Below are positions 30,051 to 40,592 of a DNA stretch of 64,000 nt, in pieces. Source of the stretch: Nitrosopumilaceae archaeon (GTDB taxonomy: Archaea > Thermoproteota > Nitrososphaeria > Nitrososphaerales > Nitrosopumilaceae); contig OZ242376.1 in assembly GCA_965209085.1 (NCBI GenBank), forward strand, positions 1,216,001 through 1,280,000, written 5' to 3'. The notes under the pieces are model-generated. The model was not told the DNA's origin. It searched no databases and saw nothing but the letters and a program-made list of their open reading frames with translations. Made by a program: the position numbers and the translations under genes. Every line of letters starts with the position of its first letter. Within the stretch, counting starts at the first letter, position 1.

Positions 30051-30307
30051 AAAATATTTTGGTCATACGTTAAAAAATGAACAGGGTAATTTTTATGAAT
30101 ACACAGATACTACGAATATATTTACACATTCTAATGCAAATAAACTTGCACATAAAATAGAAGAAGCGTATCCAGGCATGATCGAATCTAGCACATATAG
30201 TCCAACATTAACCAATTTGATTGTGCCCATAATGAGCAATGCAAAGATCATAATTTGTACAAATCTTATGCACACTATTATTAAGAGGGTTTAGGGTACT
30301 GATTTTC

Positions 30308-31090
30308 ATGGTAAGCGGTCTTGAAATACGCATGAATCGCATTATGAACCAGGGACGTATGCTGTGCATACCCATGGATCATGGAATATCAGACGGTCCA
30401 ATACCCGGTCTTGAGGATCCGCACGGGGCAATAGCAAAGTGTGCAAATCATGGACTAACCAGCGTCATAGTAAACAAGGGAATTTTAAAATCAATGCCAA
30501 AGCCTACAAGGATTGGAATTTTAGTGCATTTCTCATCTAGTACATCACTCTCATCGCAGCCAAACCGCAAGGTTTTGACCGGAACAGTTGAGGAGGCCCT
30601 AAGACTTGGAGCGGACGGCGTTTCACTTCACATCAATATAGGCGGCAGCGACGATGCTGAAATGTTATCACAGCTTGGAGAGATATCAGATGAATGCCAC
30701 ATGTGGAACATGCCACTTTTGGCAATGATGTACCCGCGCGGCGAGAATGTCAAAAATCCGCACGATCCGGAAATAGTAGCTCATGTGGCAAGAATTGGCG
30801 CAGAATGCGGGGCAGATATTGTAAAAACAGTATACACGGGGGATGTTGAATCATTTTCAAAGATTGTAAAGAGTACTCCGGCGCCCATTGTGGTTGCAGG
30901 CGGCCCAAAAACCAAAACCGACGAGGATCTCTTAAAGATGACACATGATGTAATGCAGGCAGGTGCCAAAGGCGTCACATATGGCAGAAATATTTTTGCA
31001 CACAAAAATCCCGCGGCAATATCCAGCGCCCTATCTGATATAATATTCAGAAACTGTACCGTAAATGATGCTAAAAAACGGCTGAAATAA
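30308..31090 (+). CDS. 2-amino-3,7-dideoxy-D-threo-hept-6-ulosonate synthase (DhnA-type aldolase, AroA')
   Basis: PMDHG, LAMMYPRG, GADIVKT, VVAGG, GRNIF; first gene of archaeal aro cluster. Confidence 0.9.
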   Translation: MVSGLEIRMNRIMNQGRMLCIPMDHGISDGPIPGLEDPHGAIAKCANHGLTSVIVNKGILKSMPKPTRIGILVHFSSSTSLSSQPNRKVLTGTVEEALRLGADGVSLHINIGGSDDAEMLSQLGEISDECHMWNMPLLAMMYPRGENVKNPHDPEIVAHVARIGAECGADIVKTVYTGDVESFSKIVKSTPAPIVVAGGPKTKTDEDLLKMTHDVMQAGAKGVTYGRNIFAHKNPAAISSALSDIIFRNCTVNDAKKRLK

Positions 31091-31091
31091 A

Positions 31092-32135
31092 ATGAAAGAG
31101 CTCATCGTGGCACCAAAGGTGGCAAAATCAAAAATAGACGCATTCCTAACCCGGATAAAACAAGAGGGAATAAAGACAGTGTATGCTGACCCCAAAGACA
31201 TTACAGGCTCGAAAATGGACGCACTGTGGACCTCAAAGCAGGCAAAATATGTAATCGCCAAAAAAGATGCGCCAAAATACAGGGGCAAAAAAACAGGCAG
31301 GCGTTTTCAGGTAAGAACAAATGAGGATATAGAGGATATTTTACTCCAGTCAAAAAAAGGACTTGATTTTGTCATTATAGAGGTAAAAGACTGGAAAATA
31401 ATACCCCTAGAGAACATTATTGCAAAACTCCACAGGCTGCATACTAGGATATTTGCCATTGCAAAAAATCCAGCAGAGGTGAGAAAAATGTTTTCAATAC
31501 TTGACGTGGGAGTTGACGGGGTCATATTTGCAGCATCCTCTGTATCGCAGGTGAGAGAAGCCTTGTTGTACATGGGGACTAGGAGCTTTGAGATGCAAAA
31601 GGCCACAATAACTGAGATAAAGGAAGTTGGGGATGGTGAGCGCGTCTGCGTTGATACTGCATCCATGCTGCACAGAGGAGAGGGAATGCTGATAGGAAGC
31701 AGATCAAATTTCATGTTTTTGGTTCATAATGAATCAGTTGGATCATCTTTTACATCCCCAAGGCCCTTTCGCGTAAACGCCGGTGCCGTGCACTGTTATA
31801 CGCTTGGAGTTGATGGTACGACAAAATATCTCTCCGAAGTTGAAACCGGTACAGAGGTGTTGGTGGTTGACTCAAAAGGTAAGGCAAGGCGTGCAACAGT
31901 TGGAAGATCAAAGATAGAGAGGCGCCCAATGCTCATGATAAAGGCAAAGGTGGGTTCAGAAATTGGCGGAATAATAGCACAGGATGCAGAGACGATACGC
32001 TTTGTGCGCCCCGGAGGTGGACTAGTTTCAGTTACGCATTTGAAAAAAGGGGATTCCGTTTTGGTCCATGCAAAACCTGCCACAGGACGGCATTTTGGCA
32101 TGGAAGTATCCGACGAGTATATTTTAGAGAAATGA
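31092..32135 (+). CDS. aroB: 3-dehydroquinate synthase II (AroB')
   Basis: WKIIPLEN, RVCVDT, RPFRVNAG, KIERRP, AETIR, RHFGM...EK. Confidence 0.93.
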   Translation: MKELIVAPKVAKSKIDAFLTRIKQEGIKTVYADPKDITGSKMDALWTSKQAKYVIAKKDAPKYRGKKTGRRFQVRTNEDIEDILLQSKKGLDFVIIEVKDWKIIPLENIIAKLHRLHTRIFAIAKNPAEVRKMFSILDVGVDGVIFAASSVSQVREALLYMGTRSFEMQKATITEIKEVGDGERVCVDTASMLHRGEGMLIGSRSNFMFLVHNESVGSSFTSPRPFRVNAGAVHCYTLGVDGTTKYLSEVETGTEVLVVDSKGKARRATVGRSKIERRPMLMIKAKVGSEIGGIIAQDAETIRFVRPGGGLVSVTHLKKGDSVLVHAKPATGRHFGMEVSDEYILEK

Positions 32136-32797
32136 AATACAAAATGTGCGCAAGTATTGCGCAAAAAACTCCACGTTCTGCAAATACCATGCTTTGCCGG
32201 GCGCTTGCAGTATGCGATTATGCAGAACTGCGCCTTGATTTTTTAAAACCAGAGGATGTTCCAAAAATGCTTGAATTCTCAAAAAAACACCTCTCAAAAA
32301 CCGTGTGTACCCTGCGGCCAAAATCCGAAGGTGGTCTCTTTAATGGGAGTGAAAAAGAGCGAGTATCCATAATAAAATTAATTGCCGAATACAATCCATA
32401 TCTTTTGGATGTTGAATATTCAACACTGCTAAAAAATCCAAGCCTTTCTAAATACATATCAAAAACAAAAACAAATGTGCTCTGCTCATGGCATGATTTT
32501 AAAAAAACTCCAAACATTGCACAGCTGCGCTCAAAGATGGCACTTATGGCAAAATATGGCAAATATGTAAAAATTGTAACCACTGCCAAAAAATCAACTG
32601 ATGCTGCCGCAATCCTATCCCTGTATTCGGGAGCATCAAAGATCAACCTTGTGGCGTTTGCAATGGGCGATTCTGGCAAAATCTCGCGTCTTTTGTGCCT
32701 GTATCTTGGCAGTCCGTTCACATATGTCTCACTTGGAAAACCCGTGGCTCCGGGGCAGTTTTCAGCAAAACAGTTGTTGGAAATTTTAAAAAAATAG
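32132..32797 (+). CDS. aroD: Type I 3-dehydroquinate dehydratase
   Basis: ELRLD, TLRPKSEGG, SWHDF, AMG..G..SR, APGQ. Confidence 0.93.
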   Translation: MKYKMCASIAQKTPRSANTMLCRALAVCDYAELRLDFLKPEDVPKMLEFSKKHLSKTVCTLRPKSEGGLFNGSEKERVSIIKLIAEYNPYLLDVEYSTLLKNPSLSKYISKTKTNVLCSWHDFKKTPNIAQLRSKMALMAKYGKYVKIVTTAKKSTDAAAILSLYSGASKINLVAFAMGDSGKISRLLCLYLGSPFTYVSLGKPVAPGQFSAKQLLEILKK

Positions 32798-32818
32798 CCA
32801 AATGGCGCATGCGGTATG

Positions 32819-34651
32819 TTATGCTCTTTTAATCTGATTTTTGCCGTACAGGAATTCAAATACTGAAACCATATTTTCAAAATTATCATCGGTGGGTTCT
32901 GCCTTTGCAAATTCAACTAGACTGCATGTTCCAAGTGCCTGTGATATCTGCATGAAATTTTTCATCGTGTGATCCAAATGATTCAACAGTTCCCTGTTTG
33001 TAACTTCCTTGTTTAATCCCAGCTGATAGCTCACAAGCATTCGGATTGCGCGCCCGCTGTTGGCAAACGCATCCTTGTACTCTTTTCTTTTATGATCCTC
33101 TTGTGCAATAGCCATCAGCCGTCTTGCCTCCATCCTGTAATCAAAGGGCACGCCTCCTGCAAGTCCTGATGCGCCATCCCTGCGGTATTTTCTATACAAA
33201 ATATATGCAATCAGACCGACAATGCCCCACAGGGGTATAATCCACCACAGAAAATCAAACGGGGAATCAGAGCGCTCTAAAACAACCTGCTTGAGCTCTT
33301 CCTCTTCAAAATCGCCCGTAATGGTTGCAGTCACGTTTGTTTCGGGGTTTTCATATTGAACTTTAACCTTTGTCTTTTGGGCATCTTTTGTTTCAGATGC
33401 ATCACTCTTGCCGGAATCCTCACCGGTATTTTCAGCATTCTCTCCCTGGTTTTCAGAGCTCTCTTCGGGATTCTCTGTACCATCTGGATTTTCAGCACTT
33501 TGCTGGTTTTCAGAACCTTCAGAGTTTCCTGCACCCTCTCCCTGGTTTTCAGAACCTTCAGAGTTTCCTGCACCCTCTCCCTGGTTTTCAGAACCTTCAG
33601 AGTTTCCTGCACCCTCTCCCTGGTTTTCAGATTCAGACTCTTGGCCTGCCATACCTCCTTGCTGTATGCGGTTTTGCGCATCAAATTCCGTACCTGTTTC
33701 TACAAATCCATCCTCAAGTAACTGCTGATCTAACTCTTGAAAGGATTCACTAGATCGGAGATTTTCATTCATGGCCTCTTGTGATACCTGGGTCTGTTTT
33801 GTGAGCTCTTCAAGATTTCCATCCTCCATCGCACCTTGCACACTTGCCCACTGACCCTGCGGATTTTGATAGTCCAAGGTAAAATTTCCAGTATCATTTG
33901 ATTGGGTATTAAAAACAGAATCTTTCAGGTCGTATCCTTCTTCTTGCAGCTCTTTGCTTAATTTTTCAAAATTTTCATTTTTGAGCAAATCTTCTTTAAA
34001 CTGCTTTTCTGCCTCCTGAGCCGCTTTAACATCATCCTGGAATTTTTGCCGCAATGCTTCCCCATCTTGTGGAATTTGGTTGTTTTGCAGTTTTGATGAT
34101 ATCTCTTTGGAGAGAGGATCCCTTGATTGTGAGTTTTGCTGCTGACCCTGCTGCGAGTTTTGCTCATCTCTCCCCTGATTTGCACCCTGTTGCTGCTGTG
34201 AGTTTTGTTGTGATGAGCTTTGGGAGGGATTATTTTGGTTGTTTTTCTGCGAATTATCTTCAACTATATGCACGGTAAAATCATGCTCTAGGGTGTACTC
34301 TTCCATATCAGAATATGTTATTTTTAGCGTGGTTTGCAGCGTTGTGGTGCTCGGATATCTGCCAAACTGTATCAGCAGCTGCTGAATTCCAGGATTAATT
34401 TGCACAGGCGAATTGCCGACGTTTGTATTTGTTGTCTGTATGTTCGGCTGCCGTACCGTAACGACTGTTGTATATGCGATATCACCTGAAAGTGTATTGG
34501 TAAAAGTGCTGTTTAGTGTTGTAGCTACTGCCGCATCTTCCCCTATGAGAAAATAATAGTCTGTTTGATCCGTACTCATTGTAACGTTTTCGCCAAATGC
34601 CTGCTGCGATGCAAACACTAGAAAAATCCCAAGCAGGATGAATTTTATCAT
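32819..34651 (-). CDS. Secreted/membrane-anchored protein with Gln/Asn- and Glu/Ser/Gly-rich linkers; last gene of moxR cluster
   Basis: Signal peptide, low-complexity linkers, TM WWIIPLWGIVGLIAYILY, DUF4129-like tail (LVEFAK). Confidence 0.75.
   Translation of the reverse strand: MIKFILLGIFLVFASQQAFGENVTMSTDQTDYYFLIGEDAAVATTLNSTFTNTLSGDIAYTTVVTVRQPNIQTTNTNVGNSPVQINPGIQQLLIQFGRYPSTTTLQTTLKITYSDMEEYTLEHDFTVHIVEDNSQKNNQNNPSQSSSQQNSQQQQGANQGRDEQNSQQGQQQNSQSRDPLSKEISSKLQNNQIPQDGEALRQKFQDDVKAAQEAEKQFKEDLLKNENFEKLSKELQEEGYDLKDSVFNTQSNDTGNFTLDYQNPQGQWASVQGAMEDGNLEELTKQTQVSQEAMNENLRSSESFQELDQQLLEDGFVETGTEFDAQNRIQQGGMAGQESESENQGEGAGNSEGSENQGEGAGNSEGSENQGEGAGNSEGSENQQSAENPDGTENPEESSENQGENAENTGEDSGKSDASETKDAQKTKVKVQYENPETNVTATITGDFEEEELKQVVLERSDSPFDFLWWIIPLWGIVGLIAYILYRKYRRDGASGLAGGVPFDYRMEARRLMAIAQEDHKRKEYKDAFANSGRAIRMLVSYQLGLNKEVTNRELLNHLDHTMKNFMQISQALGTCSLVEFAKAEPTDDNFENMVSVFEFLYGKNQIKRA
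33503..33631. repeat. 3 x 39-bp perfect tandem repeat (ENQGEGAGNSEGS)
   Basis: CTGGTTTTCAGAACCTTCAGAGTTTCCTGCACCCTCTCC x3. Confidence 0.95.
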
Positions 34652-35598
34652 TGAATGATCTTACCTTTGCCGTACCGCAGGTAGATTTGAACCAAAAGTA
34701 GCGCCAATCCAATGGCGAAGAACCATTCTTTAATGTAAACCTCTTCTTTTTCACGCTCAATATCCTGCCCTATGGTCTCGTATATTTCGTTGAGCGTATC
34801 CTTGTCGATTGATTTGAAATACGTACCTCCAGTCTGTTTTGCTATCGCCTTTAGCGTATTCTCGTCCAATTCTGCGTACGCGGGCCGGCCATATGCGTCA
34901 TGGCCTATCATTGTCGGAGTTTCAGAACCCAATCCTATGGTGTATACTTGGATCACGTTTGCCTTTGCAAATTCTATGGCCTCATTTGGGGATATTACTC
35001 CGGCATTGTTTACCCCGTCGCTAAGCAAAATAACAATTTTTTTCTTGTTGGGTATGGATGTGGCCATGTCCACCCCCAAGCCTAGTCCGTCGCCAAGCGC
35101 AGTCTGCCCCGTTTTAGAGGATATTGCAAAGAGACTCTCCCTGACTCTTTCTTTGAACGGGCTAAGGTATGCTGCAGTTGTAGCCCCGTTTTCAAATATT
35201 ACAATTCCTGCATGATCCTTTTCCTGTAGAGAATCAAGCAGTACTGCAACTGAGCTTTTTGCAGCCTCGAGCCGGTTTGGCGTGTAATCAGTTGCTAGCA
35301 TGCTGCCAGAATTGTCAATGACAAACACCACGTTGACGCCCTCTTTGCTCTGCTCCAATGGTATGTGCGGATCGGCAAATCCGATTATCATGAGTGCGAT
35401 TACGGCAAGTGATATCATAAAGAGCCACATATCGCGCCGGGATTTTTTCCGGTTTCCTGCTGCGGATTTTACAAACATTAGGTTGCTGAATTTGATGGCA
35501 GCTTTTTTCCTTTTTTTGATCATTTGGCTGTAAATCATGTACAGTACCGGAAGAACCAAAAGTCCAAGCAAAATAATTATAGAATCAAAACCGGCCAT
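34648..35598 (-). CDS. BatA-like vWA domain membrane protein
   Basis: MIDAS DNSGSM, PNRLEAAK, TALGDGL, LLSDG; N- and C-terminal TMs. Confidence 0.9.
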   Translation of the reverse strand: MAGFDSIIILLGLLVLPVLYMIYSQMIKKRKKAAIKFSNLMFVKSAAGNRKKSRRDMWLFMISLAVIALMIIGFADPHIPLEQSKEGVNVVFVIDNSGSMLATDYTPNRLEAAKSSVAVLLDSLQEKDHAGIVIFENGATTAAYLSPFKERVRESLFAISSKTGQTALGDGLGLGVDMATSIPNKKKIVILLSDGVNNAGVISPNEAIEFAKANVIQVYTIGLGSETPTMIGHDAYGRPAYAELDENTLKAIAKQTGGTYFKSIDKDTLNEIYETIGQDIEREKEEVYIKEWFFAIGLALLLVQIYLRYGKGKIIQ

Positions 35599-35601
35599 AA
35601 A

Positions 35602-36489
35602 TTACACCGTTCTATACCTGAATAATTTTCGCAGCGGAATTTCATACGGCTTGTCTGATAAAACTTTGGCAAATCCCACACCTAACTTTCCAAATTTTTT
35701 GACCAGATCCGCCTCGTGTTTTTCAGTTATTTTGCAGTATTCTTTGCGAAATTCCTCATCAGATGTGTCAACTAGCATCTGCTCGCCAGTCTCCTCATCT
35801 TCCAGCTCGATTAGACCCACGTCCGGAATGGCCTGTTCTCGCTCATCAACTATCATTATGGATACAATATCGTGCTTTTTGGACAAAACCCGGAGCTCTT
35901 TTGCATAATTGCTAGAATCAAAAAAATCCGAGATTATAATCAGCATTGAGGGTTTTTTCAGTATTTTTGAAATCTTGTGCAGGCAGACGGCAATGTTTGT
36001 ATTTTTGGATTTTGGTACATACGAGTTTACCGCGTACAGTATTTGTAGCAGGTGTTTTTTGCCCCCTTTGGCAGGAATGAATTTCTCAACTGTATCTGTA
36101 AACAAAAAAGCGCCCACCGTATCATTGTTCCGTATTGCATTAAACGCAAGGGATGCGGCAACCTCTAGTGCCTTGTATTTTTTTGAGACATTATTCCCAA
36201 AACTTCCCGAACCGGACATGTCAAGCATCAGGTATACTTGGAGATTTCTCTCTTCGATAAACTCTTTGATGTGAGGTACGTTCAGTCTAGCGGTAACTTT
36301 CCAGTCAATTGCCCGAACATCATCCCCTATGCGGTATTCGCGAATTTCTGAAAATTCCAGTCCCTGTCCTTTGAATACAGAATAATAGTTTCCGGATAAT
36401 GTCCCGTACGCTTTGTTTTTTGTGGAAAGATCTATGCGTTTTATCTGCTTTAGGACATCCTTTACACTGTTTTGGCCCATTATATCCAC
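35602..36489 (-). CDS. DUF58 domain protein
   Basis: GLEFSEIREYRIGDDVRAIDWKVTAR, EER, ISDF. Confidence 0.93.
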   Translation of the reverse strand: MDIMGQNSVKDVLKQIKRIDLSTKNKAYGTLSGNYYSVFKGQGLEFSEIREYRIGDDVRAIDWKVTARLNVPHIKEFIEERNLQVYLMLDMSGSGSFGNNVSKKYKALEVAASLAFNAIRNNDTVGAFLFTDTVEKFIPAKGGKKHLLQILYAVNSYVPKSKNTNIAVCLHKISKILKKPSMLIIISDFFDSSNYAKELRVLSKKHDIVSIMIVDEREQAIPDVGLIELEDEETGEQMLVDTSDEEFRKEYCKITEKHEADLVKKFGKLGVGFAKVLSDKPYEIPLRKLFRYRTV

Positions 36490-37482
36490 CTAAGGAATTT
36501 TAACTGCCTTGAGAATTTTTGCAATTATATTATCAGAGGTAATGTTTTCAGCCTGTGCCTCGTATGTTAGAATTATCCGGTGCCGTAAAACCTCGTATAT
36601 GACAGCCTGTACATCTTCAGGTATTACGTATCCCCTGCCGTTTTGCATTGCATGCGCCTTTGATCCCAAAGCTAGCCACAGCGAGGCTCTAGGGGATGCC
36701 CCATATTCTATCTGGCCTTTAATGTCTAGTCCGTATTCTTTTGGATGACGGCTTGCATCAACAATTTCAGCAATGTAATTTTTGATCTTAGATTCTGCAT
36801 GCACCGTATGGACAAATGCCTGCACTTCCATCAGATGAGCTGATGAGATTACGATTGTAGTCTTTGGAATGTTCCCTTCTGTAAACCGGCGGATGATTTC
36901 AACTTCCTGCTCTTTTTTTGGATGCGTAATGATCAAATTAAACATAAAGCGGTCCACTTGGGCTTCTGGCAGGTTGTATGTTCCCTCCATTTCCACGGGG
37001 TTTTGCGTGGCCATGACAAAAAATGGAAGATCGATTTTGTGCGTCTCCCCCTGGATGCTGACCTGCTGCTCTTGCATTGCCTCTAGCAGTGCGGACTGGA
37101 CCTTTGGCGGAGCCCTGTTGATTTCATCCACTAGGACAAAATTTGAAAATATCGGCCCCCTGACGGTTTTAAACGAGGTTGTGTTGTGATCGTAAATTTT
37201 TGTTCCGATAATATCTGCAGGTAATAGATCCGGTGTAAACTGGAGCCGTACAAATTCCAAATCTATACAGTCAGCTAGTGTCTTTATGAGCAGCGTTTTT
37301 GCAAGGCCGGGCACCCCTTTTAGCAAAACATGCCCCTGGGTGGCAAGTGCCAAAATTAGATTCTCAATGATATCATCCTGGCCTACAATGACCTTGCTCA
37401 TTTCAGCATGAATGTTTTTGAGCATTTTTGAATATTCCTGGGCTTTTTTATTCAGTTTTTCAATTTCCGGACTGTGATTCAT
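36490..37482 (-). CDS. moxR: MoxR-family AAA+ ATPase
   Basis: GVPGLAKT, QFTPDLLPAD, DEINRAPPKVQSALLEAM, ATQNPVE.EGTY.LPEAQ.DRF, GASPRA. Confidence 0.95.
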   Translation of the reverse strand: MNHSPEIEKLNKKAQEYSKMLKNIHAEMSKVIVGQDDIIENLILALATQGHVLLKGVPGLAKTLLIKTLADCIDLEFVRLQFTPDLLPADIIGTKIYDHNTTSFKTVRGPIFSNFVLVDEINRAPPKVQSALLEAMQEQQVSIQGETHKIDLPFFVMATQNPVEMEGTYNLPEAQVDRFMFNLIITHPKKEQEVEIIRRFTEGNIPKTTIVISSAHLMEVQAFVHTVHAESKIKNYIAEIVDASRHPKEYGLDIKGQIEYGASPRASLWLALGSKAHAMQNGRGYVIPEDVQAVIYEVLRHRIILTYEAQAENITSDNIIAKILKAVKIP

Positions 37483-37672
37483 ATCAACGCGTCCATATAT
37501 TCGCTTTAAAAATTAATTGCCTGATGGGGCGTATTTTATCATCTTTTGGATACAAACGGATATTGGACGCATATTTGCTGCAGATTTATTCGATTCTGCA
37601 GTATGTGAGGGGCACAAATGCGGCAAAATCCTTGATCGTTTAAATCGCCATTATGTGTATTATACAGCATAC

Positions 37673-38476
37673 ATGGCTGGAACGTATGCAGTTATTGGCG
37701 ATCCGATTGAGCACTCCATGTCTCCCCTTGTACACAATGCAGCATTCAAGGAGCTTGGGATGGATTCATCATATATGGCATACCGCATAGAAAAAGGCGA
37801 TCTCGAAGATGGCATTGAATCGCTGAAAAGCGCCCGCATTGCCGGATTCAACGTTACGATACCGCATAAAGTGGACGTTTTAAAATATCTGGACACGTAC
37901 GATGATGACTGTAAGTTGATTGGAGCTGCAAACACTGTGGAAATTTCCAATGGAAAACTTGCAGGGTATAATACTGATGTGGAAGGATTTTTGGATCCGC
38001 TGCGTGAGCGCGAGATAGAACTTTACGGATTGAACGTGCTTTTGCTTGGCGCAGGCGGCGCTGCAAGGGCCATAGTTGCAGCCCTTGCAAAACAAAAATG
38101 CTCCATTACAATTGCAAACCGTACAGTAAAATCAGCATATGCGCTTGAAGAATTGGGCAATGTTTGCGTAAAATCCATAAATGATGCAGCAGATCTTGCA
38201 AAGAGTGCATCTTTAATTGTAAATGCAACCTCGCTTGGTTTAAAGGGAGAAAACAGTCCGATACCTGCAGAATCCATGAATGCGGATCAGATCATATACG
38301 ATATTGTTTACAGACCGATGAAAACTGAACTGTTACGCGAGGCATCAAAGGCTGGAGCCATTGTAGTTTATGGATATGAGATGCTGCTTGGACAGGCGTG
38401 CAGATCTTTTAAAATATGGCATAAAAGGGATGCGCCAAAAAACATTATGAAACGGGCAATACTTGGAGGGTTTTAA
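37673..38476 (+). CDS. aroE: Shikimate dehydrogenase
   Basis: HSMSP, NVTIPHK, AANT, NTD, GAGGAARA; ATG 37673 has a TTTAAA box ~30 bp upstream. Confidence 0.95.
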   Translation: MAGTYAVIGDPIEHSMSPLVHNAAFKELGMDSSYMAYRIEKGDLEDGIESLKSARIAGFNVTIPHKVDVLKYLDTYDDDCKLIGAANTVEISNGKLAGYNTDVEGFLDPLREREIELYGLNVLLLGAGGAARAIVAALAKQKCSITIANRTVKSAYALEELGNVCVKSINDAADLAKSASLIVNATSLGLKGENSPIPAESMNADQIIYDIVYRPMKTELLREASKAGAIVVYGYEMLLGQACRSFKIWHKRDAPKNIMKRAILGGF

Positions 38477-39334
38477 ATGTCAGATGCGGCACTCGCTAGA
38501 GTCAACGGTGCAATCTCTTTGGTAAACGCCATTGCTGCCAAAAAAGGCGCAACTTTGGGAATAGCGCTGGTAACTGAGGCGATTGTGAAAAAATCAGAGG
38601 GTTTAGGGATTATTGTAAATGCGCCAAAAAACTCGCCTGGCAGAAAACTTGTTGCCATGACAGTTGAAAAATCCATTACCCGGTTGCAGTTAAAATCCCA
38701 TAAAATCACAGTATCATTAAAGACGCAGATACCTTCCGGATACGGCCTGAAAAGCTCTAGTGCAATATCCACAGCTGTTGCGCTTGCATGTGCAAAATTA
38801 TTTTCAAAAAAAATAAATGATAAAAAGGTAATACGCGCCGGCGTTGATGCATCCATCAAAGCTGGTGTGAGCATAACTGGCGCATACGATGATGCGTGCG
38901 CGTGTTATTACGGCGGATTTTGCGTAACAGACAACCGTGCAAAGAAACTGGTTGCTGCAAAAAAATCGCCGCGCAACACGTATGCTGTAATATACATACC
39001 CTACAAACGGGCGCGCGGCAATCCAAAACATCTGCGCACCATGTCCAAAACATTCAGACGCGCCTGGAATATGGCACTCTCCGGTGACTATTGGAACGCT
39101 ATGATCTTAAACGGCGTTGCATCATCAGCTGTGCTCAATACGGATCCAAGCCTTGTTGGAAAGATGATATATGCCGGAGCCCTTGGAGTTTCAGTATCCG
39201 GAAACGGTCCAGCAGTTGCAGCAGTTGTCAAAAAAGAAAATATTCTAAAAGTGAAAAGACAGTTTCCAAAATCACAGGGCCGCATAATCACAGCTTCTTT
39301 AAACTGCAAAAAGGCGAGCGTTCATGATCTGTAA
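38477..39334 (+). CDS. aroK: Archaeal shikimate kinase (GHMP family)
   Basis: PSGYGLKSSSA, TGAYDD, SGNGP. Confidence 0.92.
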   Translation: MSDAALARVNGAISLVNAIAAKKGATLGIALVTEAIVKKSEGLGIIVNAPKNSPGRKLVAMTVEKSITRLQLKSHKITVSLKTQIPSGYGLKSSSAISTAVALACAKLFSKKINDKKVIRAGVDASIKAGVSITGAYDDACACYYGGFCVTDNRAKKLVAAKKSPRNTYAVIYIPYKRARGNPKHLRTMSKTFRRAWNMALSGDYWNAMILNGVASSAVLNTDPSLVGKMIYAGALGVSVSGNGPAVAAVVKKENILKVKRQFPKSQGRIITASLNCKKASVHDL

Positions 39335-40592
39335 TGTTAAAAGATCAAATCTTGCAGGAGTCATAAAATGCCCTCCAAGTAAAAGCTACACCCACAGGGC
39401 GGTATTTCTTGCATCCTTGGCAGATGGTACAAGTACCATATACAATCCGCTGTTCTCAAATGATACGCGTGCAAGCATGTCAGCGTGCGAAAAATTTGGA
39501 GCGCTAATTGAAAACAAGGATGGGAAATTGCAGATAACCGGCACGCAGGAGGTAAAGGCTGCAAAAATTGATGCGGCAAATTCGGGCACGACCATGAGGA
39601 TATCGGCAGCTGTTGCATCCTTGGCAAAAGGCACAAGCGTGTTAACCGGGGATGAGAGCCTCTCAAAGCGCCCGATGGGATCCCTTTTGAAAGCTTTGTA
39701 CCTTTTGGGCGCGCAAATTGATTCAAACGATGGCATGCCGCCAGTTACAATAGGCGGAACCATCAAAGGCGGCAGAGTTGAAATTCCAGGAAACATTTCA
39801 AGCCAGTACGTCTCAGCCCTTCTCATAGCGGGGGGCGCCACCAGGGATGGAATTATGGTGGATGTTGAAGGTCCGCTTGTTTCAAAAGATTATCTTGGGT
39901 ATACTATAGAGAGTATGAAACGGTTTGGCGCCAAAGTAGAGGTGAGCGAATCAGTATACTCGTGCATTGCTCAAAAATACAGTGCCGCAGAGTTTACAGT
40001 TCCGCACGATATGTCCATACTTGCGCTTCTTGTTGCAGCCAAAGCCCTTGCAGGCTCCAACATGAAAATAGATACGGGTGTGAAATCAGATAATGGGCCA
40101 TTTGAGAGCTCGCACGTTGCAGAAATCTGCTCAATGATGGGAGTCAATATTCACTTTGAAGAAAACATGTGCAATGTGGAATGCTCAGAGGGAGCCAAAG
40201 TAAAAACTGTAAATTTGACAGATCAGCCAGACTTGCTTCCTGCAATTGCAATACTGGCACTAAAAAATGAAGAAAAGACAGTCATAAACGGCATTGGGCA
40301 TACAAAATACAAGGAAACTGACAGGATTGCAGTGATTAGTGAAGAGCTTGCAAAGACTGGAGCTGTGATAAACAGCACAAATGATAGCATGAGTATAGAG
40401 TGTGCAGGCAAATTAAAACCAGCAGAATTTGATTCAAGAGGGGATCACCGGCTGTTCATGGCGTTTTGCATAGCCGGCATGTACATTGGAGATTGCACAG
40501 TAACTGATCCTGAATCAGTGGCAGTATCGTATCCGAATTTTATCCAGGATATGCAGGCAGTTGGCGGGAAAATATCTACGTATAAAATCTAG
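39324..40592 (+). CDS. aroA: EPSP synthase
   Basis: PPSKSYTHR, NSGTT, SSQY, KETDR, DHR, SYP. Confidence 0.95.
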   Translation: MICNVKRSNLAGVIKCPPSKSYTHRAVFLASLADGTSTIYNPLFSNDTRASMSACEKFGALIENKDGKLQITGTQEVKAAKIDAANSGTTMRISAAVASLAKGTSVLTGDESLSKRPMGSLLKALYLLGAQIDSNDGMPPVTIGGTIKGGRVEIPGNISSQYVSALLIAGGATRDGIMVDVEGPLVSKDYLGYTIESMKRFGAKVEVSESVYSCIAQKYSAAEFTVPHDMSILALLVAAKALAGSNMKIDTGVKSDNGPFESSHVAEICSMMGVNIHFEENMCNVECSEGAKVKTVNLTDQPDLLPAIAILALKNEEKTVINGIGHTKYKETDRIAVISEELAKTGAVINSTNDSMSIECAGKLKPAEFDSRGDHRLFMAFCIAGMYIGDCTVTDPESVAVSYPNFIQDMQAVGGKISTYKI

